A stretch of 64,000 nucleotides of DNA from an uncultured Chlorobiota bacterium. GTDB lineage: Bacteria > Bacteroidota > Ignavibacteria > UBA10030 > UBA6906. The stretch covers positions 66,848 to 130,847 of the forward strand of contig CAADGV010000043.1 in NCBI GenBank assembly GCA_900696645.1, given 5' to 3'. Below are positions 40,142 to 49,974 of this stretch, one piece after another. Position 1 is the stretch's first letter. Each line of letters begins with the position of its first letter. The position numbers were made by a program, and so were the translations under genes. The notes below the pieces were generated by a model, which was not told the origin of the DNA, did not search any database, and saw nothing but the letters and a program-made list of their open reading frames with translations.

Positions 40142-41959
40142 TTACTTGCAGCTGATCCTCTCCATAGCCTTCTTGGCCTCTTCATGGCGGGGATTGATTC
40201 GGAGAGCTTTGGCGTATGCTGTACACGCTTCCTGGACAAGCTTTCTGTTCTCCTCGGTTCTGCCCTCGACTCTCAAGTAGGTCAACGCGAGGCCAAGCCA
40301 ATAGTGACCTTCAGCATTGTTCGGCTCCAGTTGATTGCATCGACGGAACTTCGCAACGGCTTCTTCCGTCCTCTTTCGATTCTCATCCGGATCGTCGCCG
40401 CGCGTAAGAATGAGACACTGCCCGATGACAAGGTTCAACCCGCCCGTTTCGTTATAGGTGATCCCCCTGCGAAAGCTGTTGAGTGCCGAGTTGTAGTCTT
40501 TACGGCTGAAGTAATACGAGCCGAGCTGCGTGTACGCCTCGCCTGCTTCTCTTTTGAATCTGTCCGGATTTTCGTTCGCGAGCCGGATTACCTCATCGTA
40601 CGTCTGCTTCATCTTATCGGTGGAATCCACCTCAAGATAGTAGCGGGCAAGCCAGAGATGCGCCTGCAGGAAGTCGGACCGTAGTTCAATTGCTTTGAGG
40701 AACAACTCCCGCGCCCGCGGTAGATTTTTTGGCGGCTGCATATAACTTGAGCCTGCATTCACATACGAAACAAGTGAACGGGGATCGCATTCGATTCTTT
40801 TCTCGAACATCCGGGCTGCTTCTTCGTAGTTTTGCTTTTTCATGTAGAGAAAGCCGAGATTGAAATACGGCTCGCAATTCGTTGAGTCCGCATCCCGTGC
40901 TTTTAGCAGAACTTCCATTGCCTCGTCTTCCTTCCCGGCACCAAAGAGCGCTGTACCCAGTTTGGAATAATCCTCCGGCAATATCGCCTTGCGGCGTTCA
41001 ATCATATCAAAGGCGCTCATGGCCCCTTTGTAGTCGCGTGTCTCGACCAACGCGTATGCATACGCGCGCCAGTTATCCACGTTTTCGGGGTCGAGTTTCA
41101 CGGCTACTTCGCCCGCTTTTGCTGCATCCGCCCAACGCTCCGAGTTGGCCAGGGACTGTGCATAGATCGAAGCCGCTTCCACGTGATCAGGCTGCAATTT
41201 CACGGCACGTTCCATAAAAGGCACAGCACGGGGATACAGCTTCGCCCTGTAGAGAATTTTTCCAGCTTCGAAGTACGCATCAAAATTCATCGAATCGATC
41301 TTTACGGCGGAAAGAAACGCTTGCACGGCTTCGGTATATTGCCGGTTTGCAGCGTATGTTCGCGCAACCTTCATCTGGGTTTCGATATCGTTCGGCGACA
41401 GTTCAAGCGCTTTCTCGTAGTTCATATTCGCAAGCGGTCGCACACCCTGCTTGTTGTATGCATCGCCCAACGAAATATAGATGTTCGGGTTCTTGTCGTC
41501 ACATTCTTTTGCCCGCGTTAAAAGAACAATTGCTCCGTCCGGCCCGTCAATCTGTCCAAGTTCCACAAGAGCAGCACCGTATGCAGCCGGCACACGGCAG
41601 TCCTTCGGGGCCACTTTCGTGGCGCGTTTGTACTGCGCAACGGCGTTTGCATTATCCTTCTTAATCACGTAGGCATCGCCAAGGGCAATCAACGCCTCGA
41701 CATTGTCGTCGTTGATGCGAACGGCAGTTCTCAGATAGTTGATAGCGTCGTCAACCTGCTCACGCCGGAGAGCTATTGCGCCAAGATAATAGTTGCAATC
41801 ACTTGATTTCTGTCCCGCCTTGATTCCCTCCTGAAACGCTGCAATTGCCGCCGCGGTATCGCGGGCAGCAAGAGCAGCCCGCCCTCTGCCAAAGAAATCC
41901 TGGGTGTGGCTGACTTCAGCGATGAAGAGTATTGCTATCAGAAGTTTCGAGAGTTTCAT
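40142..41959 (-). CDS. Periplasmic tetratricopeptide-repeat protein
   Basis: Signal peptide; many 34-aa TPR units; ATGA overlap with the upstream gene. Confidence 0.92.
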   Translation of the reverse strand: MKLSKLLIAILFIAEVSHTQDFFGRGRAALAARDTAAAIAAFQEGIKAGQKSSDCNYYLGAIALRREQVDDAINYLRTAVRINDDNVEALIALGDAYVIKKDNANAVAQYKRATKVAPKDCRVPAAYGAALVELGQIDGPDGAIVLLTRAKECDDKNPNIYISLGDAYNKQGVRPLANMNYEKALELSPNDIETQMKVARTYAANRQYTEAVQAFLSAVKIDSMNFDAYFEAGKILYRAKLYPRAVPFMERAVKLQPDHVEAASIYAQSLANSERWADAAKAGEVAVKLDPENVDNWRAYAYALVETRDYKGAMSAFDMIERRKAILPEDYSKLGTALFGAGKEDEAMEVLLKARDADSTNCEPYFNLGFLYMKKQNYEEAARMFEKRIECDPRSLVSYVNAGSSYMQPPKNLPRARELFLKAIELRSDFLQAHLWLARYYLEVDSTDKMKQTYDEVIRLANENPDRFKREAGEAYTQLGSYYFSRKDYNSALNSFRRGITYNETGGLNLVIGQCLILTRGDDPDENRKRTEEAVAKFRRCNQLEPNNAEGHYWLGLALTYLRVEGRTEENRKLVQEACTAYAKALRINPRHEEAKKAMERISCK

Positions 41960-42882
41960 TCTATTTGTACCTGTTTTGATGTTGTTTCGACTAAGCGAAT
42001 GGGCATTGTCACGGGAACAAGACCCTCACTCAAGAATCGTTGCTGTCCGTGAATTGAGGTGATATGGGCAATGAACCCCGTCGCAACCGTATATCCGTAG
42101 GCCCGGCTATAGAGGTACACAGGTCGGGTAATCGGATAGTAGTTTCTGTGAATGTGTGCCTGATGCGGTGTATAGAAACGCCCAACGGGTTCCGTCGTAT
42201 CCGGACGGACTCCGGGCTGGCCAAGGGCAAACACCGTCAGTTGGTCTTCCCTTCCCCGCAACCAGTTCAAACCAACGATGCCGATGGCATTCGGATTGTT
42301 TTCCACATAGGTCACAAGACTGTCGCTGGACAAGATTCGTGCAGCGCTGAGCGTGAATGGTTTGTTGTTCATGATTTTCTTTCGGAACACCTCATTGACA
42401 CTGGAGTTGACATCGCCGACGGCGACATCAATGAGTTTACCGTTCCACTTCCAGCGGGCAAGCGACCCCTGAAAGATGCTGTCAAGTTCGGTCAGGCGGA
42501 GTTCCTTCTGTGGATTGCTCCTGTGTCCTATGACAGCGATCGCATCAATGGCACATCGATAACTTTTCCATTCGATATCGGGGTATCGCTTCAGAACATC
42601 GAGTTCTTCATCGTTGAAAGCGCGGGCGCTGACAATCACCTTCACGCTGTCGTTAATGAAGTTGGTGATTGCTTCCCTGCCTTCGACCACTCTGATATCA
42701 ATCTTTGCGTCAGGGTAGGATTGTTCGAAACCGGAAGCAATATGCTTCACAACATTGCTTACCGACTCATCAACTTCAACGGTAACCGTTCCTGACGTTG
42801 TTACCAACGGTTTCCGCTGATCACATCCTGCCAGAAGCGTGCCGGTCAGTATCAGAAACACGATCACCATCTTACTTTTCAT
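41956..42882 (-). CDS. PstS-like (PBP2) substrate-binding lipoprotein
   Basis: LAGC lipobox; DES, AIDAIAVI.H..NP, NAIGIVG, YPITRPVY. Confidence 0.85.
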   Translation of the reverse strand: MKSKMVIVFLILTGTLLAGCDQRKPLVTTSGTVTVEVDESVSNVVKHIASGFEQSYPDAKIDIRVVEGREAITNFINDSVKVIVSARAFNDEELDVLKRYPDIEWKSYRCAIDAIAVIGHRSNPQKELRLTELDSIFQGSLARWKWNGKLIDVAVGDVNSSVNEVFRKKIMNNKPFTLSAARILSSDSLVTYVENNPNAIGIVGLNWLRGREDQLTVFALGQPGVRPDTTEPVGRFYTPHQAHIHRNYYPITRPVYLYSRAYGYTVATGFIAHITSIHGQQRFLSEGLVPVTMPIRLVETTSKQVQIE

Positions 42883-43093
42883 CCCGATCCATTCCTTTCG
42901 AGCGAACGTAAGTCAGAACAAGGCGATACGCCCCATATAAGAACACTACCGCGCCAAAGATGACGCGGTAGTGTTCGGGAACATGCTTAGGAACAAGAAA
43001 ACCCAAGATTGCCATCATCCCTGCAATCATTACCGCGCCCGATACCGCATACACAACAAATCTGAGCACAGAAACGATATTCATCACTCCCAT
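42872..43093 (-). CDS. Small two-TM membrane protein
   Basis: Two hydrophobic helices, FG.VVFLYG.YR; sits within the operon. Confidence 0.7.
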   Translation of the reverse strand: MGVMNIVSVLRFVVYAVSGAVMIAGMMAILGFLVPKHVPEHYRVIFGAVVFLYGAYRLVLTYVRSKGMDRDEK

Positions 43094-43110
43094 TCTCTGT
43101 CCGGGCTATA

Positions 43111-43144
43111 TTACTTCCGATCCGCCATTACTTCCGATCCGCCA
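43111..43144. repeat. 17-bp tandem duplication of the tonB 3' end
   Basis: TTACTTCCGATCCGCCA x2. Confidence 0.9.
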
Positions 43145-43898
43145 GCTTGAATCTGAAGGGCACGGATACCCACACGGATACCGGGCCGTTGTTCATGTAT
43201 GCCGGCGTAAACAGAAATTGCTTTGCTGCTTCAACTGCTGCGTCGTTAAAGATCTCGGCATCGCTTTTCAGAACGACAACTTGCTTCGGCTTGCCTTCCC
43301 TGTCCACCCATATCTTCACCCACACTCTTCCTTCAAGACCTGCACGCATTGCAAGCTCCGGATACTTCGGCTCTACTTTGCGCACGACAACAGGCTCCTT
43401 CTCGACGGCGACAAAATCCGCGGGCGGACCGTCGTCTTCAATCCTGATATCCTGTTGAATCTGGACTCCGCCAACGCCATCGCCAAAGCCTTCACCGATA
43501 GGGGCAGCAACCTGACTCATTTCGGTTTGGGTGGCAATCGTCTGTTCCGGGCTTGCTTCGGCGTCAGGAACGGGCACCGGGGCACCGACAGTCGGTTTTG
43601 CCACCGGTGCGCTCACGGAAACCGGAGGCGGCACGTTGGTGTTCGTAAGCGACGGCGGCGGACCGAGGTCGCTGTACTTCAAAATGCGAACATTGATCGG
43701 CGGCGGCTCTTCCTCACCCAACACCTGGGCAAGATAGTACGAGCCGAACCCTACCGCGTGGATGGCGACAGCGATCAGGAAACCGCGGAACCAGTACTTC
43801 TGGTATACCGCCTTCAACTCAATAGCGCCATACTTTGATCCTGCGCTAACCGTACCGGTGGAACCTGCTCCGGCCATGGACAGCTTTGCCATAGTCAT
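43128..43898 (-). CDS. tonB: Energy transducer TonB
   Basis: YGA.EL..Y, TM with His, Pro-rich linker, PKYPE.A..AGLEGRV, F.PA..NGPVSVWV.VPF.F. Confidence 0.93.
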   Translation of the reverse strand: MTMAKLSMAGAGSTGTVSAGSKYGAIELKAVYQKYWFRGFLIAVAIHAVGFGSYYLAQVLGEEEPPPINVRILKYSDLGPPPSLTNTNVPPPVSVSAPVAKPTVGAPVPVPDAEASPEQTIATQTEMSQVAAPIGEGFGDGVGGVQIQQDIRIEDDGPPADFVAVEKEPVVVRKVEPKYPELAMRAGLEGRVWVKIWVDREGKPKQVVVLKSDAEIFNDAAVEAAKQFLFTPAYMNNGPVSVWVSVPFRFKLADRK

Positions 43899-43923
43899 TC
43901 CTTCTTAAAGATATGGTGAGTTG

Positions 43924-44421
43924 TTATTTAACTTCCGAAATAAGTTTCAGATCCTGCTCCGTCATACGGGCAATACTGAACCGTTGCATTTCCGCCTGAT
44001 TCAGTTCGTCCATTACATCCACCATCACTTCATACTTCGCCTTCGTATCTATCTTAACAAGTGTAACCAGTTTAGGGTTCGCCTGGACGCGTTGGCGGAT
44101 ATCCGCCCGCAGCTTCGAGAATTCCATTTTCTGCGGGGCATCCATGCCAATGTTCCAGAACACTTCGCCTTTTTCGTTCAGGCGGAGAGTCAGGAGATTG
44201 GACTCGGCAATTTCCACTTTGACGTTCTCATCCGGCGGTAGATTGATCTCCATCGTTTGCGGACGGGCCATCGTCGTCGTGAGCATGAAGAACGTCAGCA
44301 ACAGAAACGCAATATCAACGAGCGGCGTCATATCGATACGAATACCGATGCGCTTGGACTTCTTGCGTTTCTTCTTTCCATGACTTCTAGGTTGTGGGGC
44401 ATCCCCACCAAGACCTGCCAT
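43924..44421 (-). CDS. exbD: Biopolymer transport protein ExbD
   Basis: IDMTPLVDIAFLLLTFFML. Confidence 0.95.
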   Translation of the reverse strand: MAGLGGDAPQPRSHGKKKRKKSKRIGIRIDMTPLVDIAFLLLTFFMLTTTMARPQTMEINLPPDENVKVEIAESNLLTLRLNEKGEVFWNIGMDAPQKMEFSKLRADIRQRVQANPKLVTLVKIDTKAKYEVMVDVMDELNQAEMQRFSIARMTEQDLKLISEVK

Positions 44422-44435
44422 AGCGTTAACCTCCT

Positions 44436-44900
44436 CTAATTCGCTTCAAGGTTTGTGACGAGATTGAATCTCGTAATCTTTGTTTTTTGCAGAATGTCCA
44501 TCACGTCTTGCGCGATGCCAAACTCGGCATTCCTGTCTCCTTTGATCACCGTGCGGAGCTTGGGATTCATAGTGCGCGCTTGAATCAGATAGTCGCCAAG
44601 CTTTTCACGCGGTATCTCAACACCGGCTCTCAACTCGTTTTCCTTGCCGAACAGTCGTCCGCGCAGGCGCTGCGAATCGACATCCATGAAGATTCGCCCG
44701 TCTTTCGCAAGGCTGAGCGTCAGCACGTCCGATTCAGGCAACTTGAACACCGAGTTTGACGCAGGCAGGTCAATCGACACCTCCTCCGCCGGCTTGAACT
44801 GGGTTGTTAACATAAAGAATGTCAACAAGAGAAACCCGATGTCAACAAGCGGCGTCATATCGAGCAGAATGCCGTGACGTTTCGGTTTTATCTTTGCCAT
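44436..44900 (-). CDS. exbD: Biopolymer transport protein ExbD
   Basis: LDMTPLVDIGFLLLTFFML, IKGD. Confidence 0.95.
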   Translation of the reverse strand: MAKIKPKRHGILLDMTPLVDIGFLLLTFFMLTTQFKPAEEVSIDLPASNSVFKLPESDVLTLSLAKDGRIFMDVDSQRLRGRLFGKENELRAGVEIPREKLGDYLIQARTMNPKLRTVIKGDRNAEFGIAQDVMDILQKTKITRFNLVTNLEAN

Positions 44901-44934
44901 ATGATTCTCTCCTTGTGTTTTGTTTGTCGAGAGA

Positions 44935-45711
44935 TCACTTGGTTTTCGCGCCTAAGATTTCAGCAACATTGTAGCTTGCTTCATCGACCATGTACATGAA
45001 GTTGTCCACGCGCGTAACAAAAAAGTTGTAGAAAATGATACCGATGATAGCCGCAAAAAGTCCGAGGGCTGTATTGATAAGCGCTTCGGAAATACCGATT
45101 GAAAGCTGGATAGCATCGGGCGCACCCGCTTGTGCAAGAGCCTGGAATGCACGAATCATACCGATCGTTGTTCCGAGAAGCCCGAACATCGTCGCTGTCG
45201 ATGCAATCGTGGAAAGTGCAATCAGGTTTCGCTCAAGAAGCGGAGTCTCAAGGGCCGACGCTTCTTCGATGGCACGTTTCGTCTCCGCCATCTTCTTCTC
45301 GCCATCCATTGAGTTGTCGACGAGAACTTCCTTGTATCGTTCGAGTCCCGATCGTATAATATTGGCCGCCGATCCGCGCTGCGCATCGCATTCCTTGATG
45401 GCCTCATCAATCTTTCCACCAATCAACGCCGCCTGTACTTTCTTGAGAAACGCGGGAAGCGAACCTTTGCCCTGGGCCTTGCGAAGAGAAAACGTTCTTT
45501 CAAAAATGATTGTCACATTCATCAGTGTCAGCGTAATCAGAATCGGTACAACATAGCCGCCCGTGTACACTGTTCCGAGCAAATTCAGGGGTTGCTGCCG
45601 TGTGGCACCGTCCTTGAAGTTCTCAGGATTGCCGAGCACGAACAAATAGATGCCAAACGCTACCGCAAGCGTCACAATGATCACGACAGTGAGAAACACA
45701 GATTGTTTCAT
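44935..45711 (-). CDS. exbB: MotA/TolQ/ExbB proton channel protein
   Basis: GLLGTTIGMIRAF, GISEALINTALG. Confidence 0.95.
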   Translation of the reverse strand: MKQSVFLTVVIIVTLAVAFGIYLFVLGNPENFKDGATRQQPLNLLGTVYTGGYVVPILITLTLMNVTIIFERTFSLRKAQGKGSLPAFLKKVQAALIGGKIDEAIKECDAQRGSAANIIRSGLERYKEVLVDNSMDGEKKMAETKRAIEEASALETPLLERNLIALSTIASTATMFGLLGTTIGMIRAFQALAQAGAPDAIQLSIGISEALINTALGLFAAIIGIIFYNFFVTRVDNFMYMVDEASYNVAEILGAKTK

Positions 45712-45778
45712 CGATCAAACTCCTCTTTTTGTTTATGTAATTAGTAGATGATAGGTAAATGAATTGCCATGAGATTTG

Positions 45779-46123
45779 TTACGACAGCGCTTTGACAGCG
45801 TCGTCGCGGGTTTCCGCAACATCAAATACCATCGTCAGCTTCGTAATCACGAAGATGTTGTTGATATTGTTGTTGATGCCGCAGAGCTTTACGACCCCAT
45901 TGTTGCGGGAATAGGTGGTATGCGCCTGAACGAGAACTCCGATGGCTGTACTGTTCAGGTATGTCACTTTGCTTAAATCGATGATGAGCTTCTTGTTGCC
46001 CTGCTCCACGAAATCCGCCACTGCACTCCTCAACTCGTCTGTCTCTTCGCCGCCAACGAGTGAGCCTTTCACTTCGATAACGCCGATTTTGCCGCTTTGA
46101 AGCGTGGTTGTTTTGACTGACAT
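45779..46123 (-). CDS. STAS-domain anti-sigma factor antagonist
   Basis: IDLSKVTYLNSTAIGVL, ITKL..VF; start MSVKT with GGAG RBS. Confidence 0.92.
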   Translation of the reverse strand: MSVKTTTLQSGKIGVIEVKGSLVGGEETDELRSAVADFVEQGNKKLIIDLSKVTYLNSTAIGVLVQAHTTYSRNNGVVKLCGINNNINNIFVITKLTMVFDVAETRDDAVKALS

Positions 46124-46338
46124 AGTGTCTCCAAAAAACTGTGCGATACTGTTGGTGATTTGAATGTAGTTCACAAGGAAAACAAAGGAAGTCTCACAAA
46201 CGCCAAGTTACTTACCCGGAAAACAACCGCAGGAAGTAGCCAAACACTCCTGTACGCATTGGGTGAAGAAAACCCGGGCATGGATGGTAGGTGCCCTTCA
46301 GGCTGAGTGTTTCAGAACCCAGATTTATATATGTGTGA

Positions 46339-46354
46339 CGCAAAACAAATGCCA
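46339..46354 (-). promoter_or_regulatory. Sigma54 (-24/-12) promoter
   Basis: Minus strand TGGCATTTGTTTTGCG, GG-N10-GC spacing exact. Confidence 0.75.
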
Positions 46355-46414
46355 TTGTTCAATGCGACCAGTTGGCGTGAATTTACGGGTTTTGGGCTGC
46401 GGGAAAAACCAACG

Positions 46415-46509
46415 TCTTGCACAATGCAAGATGAAACTACGTGAATTGATATTCAGGTTGGCCAATTCAGTACGTGCCAATATATTATCACTCCTTGCAA
46501 AATGCAAGG
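46415..46509. promoter_or_regulatory. Two palindromic enhancer-like sites CTTGCA-N3-TGCAAG
   Basis: TCTTGCACAATGCAAGA (46415-46431) and CCTTGCAAAATGCAAGG (46493-46509). Confidence 0.7.
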
Positions 46510-46567
46510 CAAATTTTGTGTACGCCGGAATCCGAAAATGGACGGATTATCAGGCGCAAACGGGCAT

Positions 46568-47887
46568 TCACAACTGAAATTTCTTTCTTTTTCGCCAAAG
46601 TGTTGCAGGATCGATATTCAGTATAGCAGCGGCTTCTTCGAGGTCATGTGCAATGCGTAGCACTTTCATAATGTGCTGGCGTTCCATCTCTTCGAGGGAC
46701 ATAAGTCCCGACGACGACGCATCCAACTCACGAAATTGATCTGGAAGATGTTCAAGGCGGATATCGCCCTCACGCGCAAGCAACACAGCCCTCTCTATAA
46801 CATTCTCCAACTCCCGGACATTGCCTTTCCATGAATACGATTTGAGAGCGAGAAATGCCTCCTGCGAAATCTCGCCGCCGCTTCCCGATTTTCTCAAGAA
46901 ATGCGTCACTAACAGCGGGATATCTTCCATCCGTTCGCGCAACGGCGGAAGTTTGAGCGTCACGGCATTCAGTCTGTAAAAAAGGTCCTCACGGAACGTT
47001 CCGGACTTCACCGCGTGTTCGAGATTCTTGTTCGTCGCTGCAATGACGCGGACATCAACCTTCAGGGTTTCGGTTTCACCGACGCGTTCAAACTCCTTGT
47101 TTTGCAAGAACCGGAGCAGCTTCACTTGTGTTTGCAGCGACACCTCGCCGATTTCATCAAGAAACACTGTGCCTCCATCGGCGGCCTCAAATCTTCCCTC
47201 CCGATCCTTTGTTGCGCCTGTGAATGCTCCCTTCACATGTCCGAACAACTCGCTTTCCAACAACTGCTCGGCAAGCGCGGCACAATTGACCACGACAAAA
47301 GGCTTCTCACGGCGCTGACTGTTGTCATGGATGAAGTGTGCGAGAAGTTCCTTTCCTGTTCCGCTTTCCCCTTCAATCAGTACGGCGATATTTCCCGGCG
47401 CAACCTGCAAGCCAAGATCGAGCATCGAGCGCATTCTCTCGCTGCGCGTCACAATCTCCCCGGACGACTTCGCACGTTTCAACTCTTCTTTCAGTTCAAT
47501 GATCTCGCGTCGCAAGTTGTGATGATCGAGAACTTTCCGGGCAAACAGCGTCAGTTCCGAAAACTCGAACGGCTTTTGCAGGTAGTCGTAGGCCCCAAGC
47601 TTGATTGCTTCCACGGCAGAGTCAATGCTCCCGTGAGCTGTCATCAATACAACGGTTGTGCCGGGTTGAAGTTTTCTTGTCTCACGCAACAATTCCATAC
47701 CATCTATCGGAGACATTTTGAGATCAAAGAATGCAATATCGAATGACTGCTCCCGGATCGCATCAAGAGCCTTCAGCGGCTCCGAGAAAGCGGTTACGTC
47801 AAAGCCGACTGCCTCGAGCCCGAGGGTTACAGTTTTGAGAATATTGCGTTCATCATCAACAAGAATGACGGAGGATTTCGCTGGCAT
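46568..47887 (-). CDS. Sigma54-dependent response regulator (NtrC/AlgB-like)
   Basis: Receiver domain, GESGTGKE, GAFTGA, FREDLFYRLN, C-terminal HTH IDPATLWRKRK. Confidence 0.96.
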   Translation of the reverse strand: MPAKSSVILVDDERNILKTVTLGLEAVGFDVTAFSEPLKALDAIREQSFDIAFFDLKMSPIDGMELLRETRKLQPGTTVVLMTAHGSIDSAVEAIKLGAYDYLQKPFEFSELTLFARKVLDHHNLRREIIELKEELKRAKSSGEIVTRSERMRSMLDLGLQVAPGNIAVLIEGESGTGKELLAHFIHDNSQRREKPFVVVNCAALAEQLLESELFGHVKGAFTGATKDREGRFEAADGGTVFLDEIGEVSLQTQVKLLRFLQNKEFERVGETETLKVDVRVIAATNKNLEHAVKSGTFREDLFYRLNAVTLKLPPLRERMEDIPLLVTHFLRKSGSGGEISQEAFLALKSYSWKGNVRELENVIERAVLLAREGDIRLEHLPDQFRELDASSSGLMSLEEMERQHIMKVLRIAHDLEEAAAILNIDPATLWRKRKKFQL

Positions 47888-47890
47888 GAA

Positions 47891-49783
47891 TCAGCCGTGA
47901 TGTGTTGTGGAGTGAGTGTGATCAAGCGGAAGCAGGAATGAAAACATGCTGCCTTTCCCGGCTTCACTTCGTACCCAAATCTTGCCACTGTACGCCTCGA
48001 CAATCTCTTTTGCAATTGCCAGTCCCAACCCCACGCTTCCGGGCGTTGAAGCAGAGGCGCTTTTTACCTGCACAAACTTGTCAAAGATCGTGTCGATGTG
48101 TTCGCTCGCAATCCCGACACCCGTATCCTGTACTTCGAACAGCATCCCGCGCGGTTCTTCACGCACGCGTACGGTAACGCAGCCCCCCGCATTCGTGTAC
48201 TTCAGGGCATTGGTGACAAGGTTCGTGATCACCCACGACAGTTGCTGCTCGTCTGCAACAAGCCGTCGTAGCTCCGCCGGAATCTCGGTCACCAGCCGGA
48301 CATTCTTTTCCTGAAATTGAATATGAAGCGGCTTGATGGTTGACTCAATCAATGACCGAACATTGAGTTCTTCATTCTTGAATTGGAGTCTGCCCGACTC
48401 AAGTTTCGACAATTGCAGCAATTCCCGCGCAAGTTTGGTCAATCGCTGGCTGTCTTCTTTCGTGGAGAGAATCAGTTCCTTTTGGCGATCGTTCAACGGA
48501 CCGAGCAGTTCCTGATTCAGAAGATCGACACTCATATTAATCGACGTTAGCGGTGTGCGGAACTCATGCGAGAGTGTTGCAATGAAATCCGATTTCATGC
48601 GATCCAGTTCCTTGAACTGCGTTACATCCTGCAGAACCGTCAGCGTGCCGTACAAATGTCCTTCGTTGTCAAAGATATTCGTCACTTTGGGGCGGAAGTA
48701 GAGATGCTTCTCCGACCGCTCGAATTGCAAATAATTGACCTGAGTGCCGCTGCCTTCACCGTCCGATTCCCCGTCATCCCTCGCTGATTGCGACGCTGAG
48801 CGAATGAGCGACATGATGCGTTCATCGCGTATTACCGAGCCAACAGGTTTGCCGATTGCATCAACATCAAGATATCCGAACAACTCCGCCACAACATTGT
48901 TGATGTGAATGATGTTCATGTCCGCGTCGGTGACAATGATGCCGTCGGAGATGCTGTCGACAATCGCTTCCGACTTGCGCTTCTCGGAAATGATCTTGTC
49001 GATATTCATTTGTTCGTACCGGCGCAGGCGTTCGGTCATCTTGTTGAATTCACGGCTCAACGAGCCGATTTCATCGTCTGACAGGACATCAATTTTCAGA
49101 TCAAGATGCCCGGCCCCAATTTCCCTGACACGTTGTGTAAGGGCTTCCGCCGGTTTCACCAGCACGGTCGTAAGCCAAATTGTTCCCGCAATTCCCAACG
49201 CAAGTGTGACAATCGAGGCAATCATCATTCCGTACGCCGATTGGTTTGCGATGGAATGTGTCTTGCTTTCAAGATTGTACATTCCTGTCTGGTTGTATTC
49301 GAACAACTGGAAACACAGTGAACGCAACTCTTCGGAAACCGGGCGGACACTCTCGTAGTAGTAATTCTTTGCCTGTGTGAACGCCCCCTGCATAATCATC
49401 CCGCGCATCGAGTCGGTGACGGAAATGTACGCGTTGCGGGCATTATGCAACGAATCGCGAAGCGAGCCGAGCTGGCCTTCCGGCATTCTCCGCAGCGCCT
49501 GCTCATACCAATAGAAGAACATCTCCTTATTTTCGGCGAACGTTCCGCTGACAGTTGCATCTTCGCCCTGACTTGCAACGAGCAACGCGTTATCCTGCCC
49601 TTCCAGTGATTTCACCATACTTTCCGCTGCCAGAACGCTGAGGTAATTCTCCCTCAGAATAGTCGCTACCGTGGTTCCGAGCGCGTAGAAGTTGTACACA
49701 GACCAGAAGCCCGCGGCAAGGCTCAGCGTTACCAGCAACGCAAACGTCCAGATAATCTTCGTGCGTATGGTTCTCACCATCAT
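47891..49783 (-). CDS. Sensor histidine kinase (4HB-TM-HAMP-PAS-HisKA-HATPase), KinB-like
   Basis: SDDEIG.L..EFN.M, SHEFRTPLTSI, NLVTNALKY, DTGVGI, GLGLAIAK. Confidence 0.95.
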   Translation of the reverse strand: MMVRTIRTKIIWTFALLVTLSLAAGFWSVYNFYALGTTVATILRENYLSVLAAESMVKSLEGQDNALLVASQGEDATVSGTFAENKEMFFYWYEQALRRMPEGQLGSLRDSLHNARNAYISVTDSMRGMIMQGAFTQAKNYYYESVRPVSEELRSLCFQLFEYNQTGMYNLESKTHSIANQSAYGMMIASIVTLALGIAGTIWLTTVLVKPAEALTQRVREIGAGHLDLKIDVLSDDEIGSLSREFNKMTERLRRYEQMNIDKIISEKRKSEAIVDSISDGIIVTDADMNIIHINNVVAELFGYLDVDAIGKPVGSVIRDERIMSLIRSASQSARDDGESDGEGSGTQVNYLQFERSEKHLYFRPKVTNIFDNEGHLYGTLTVLQDVTQFKELDRMKSDFIATLSHEFRTPLTSINMSVDLLNQELLGPLNDRQKELILSTKEDSQRLTKLARELLQLSKLESGRLQFKNEELNVRSLIESTIKPLHIQFQEKNVRLVTEIPAELRRLVADEQQLSWVITNLVTNALKYTNAGGCVTVRVREEPRGMLFEVQDTGVGIASEHIDTIFDKFVQVKSASASTPGSVGLGLAIAKEIVEAYSGKIWVRSEAGKGSMFSFLLPLDHTHSTTHHG

Positions 49784-49974
49784 TTCAGTTGTCTCTCAAA
49801 AATGCAGCCTATAGAAATGTAGCGGAGTAGGCGGGGAAAAACAAGTCCAGAAGATGTGAACCTACATGAAGCAGATGCAAGTGTTGAATCGGGGGAATGG
49901 AGGAGGCCTCATTCGTCCGTGTTTCGCGATACGAGCGCCGCTGCACGTCAGTTACGAACTGCAATTACAACGTC

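Noticed and set aside
46463..46479. Second TGGCACG sigma54-like site
   Set aside because: No GC at the -12 position
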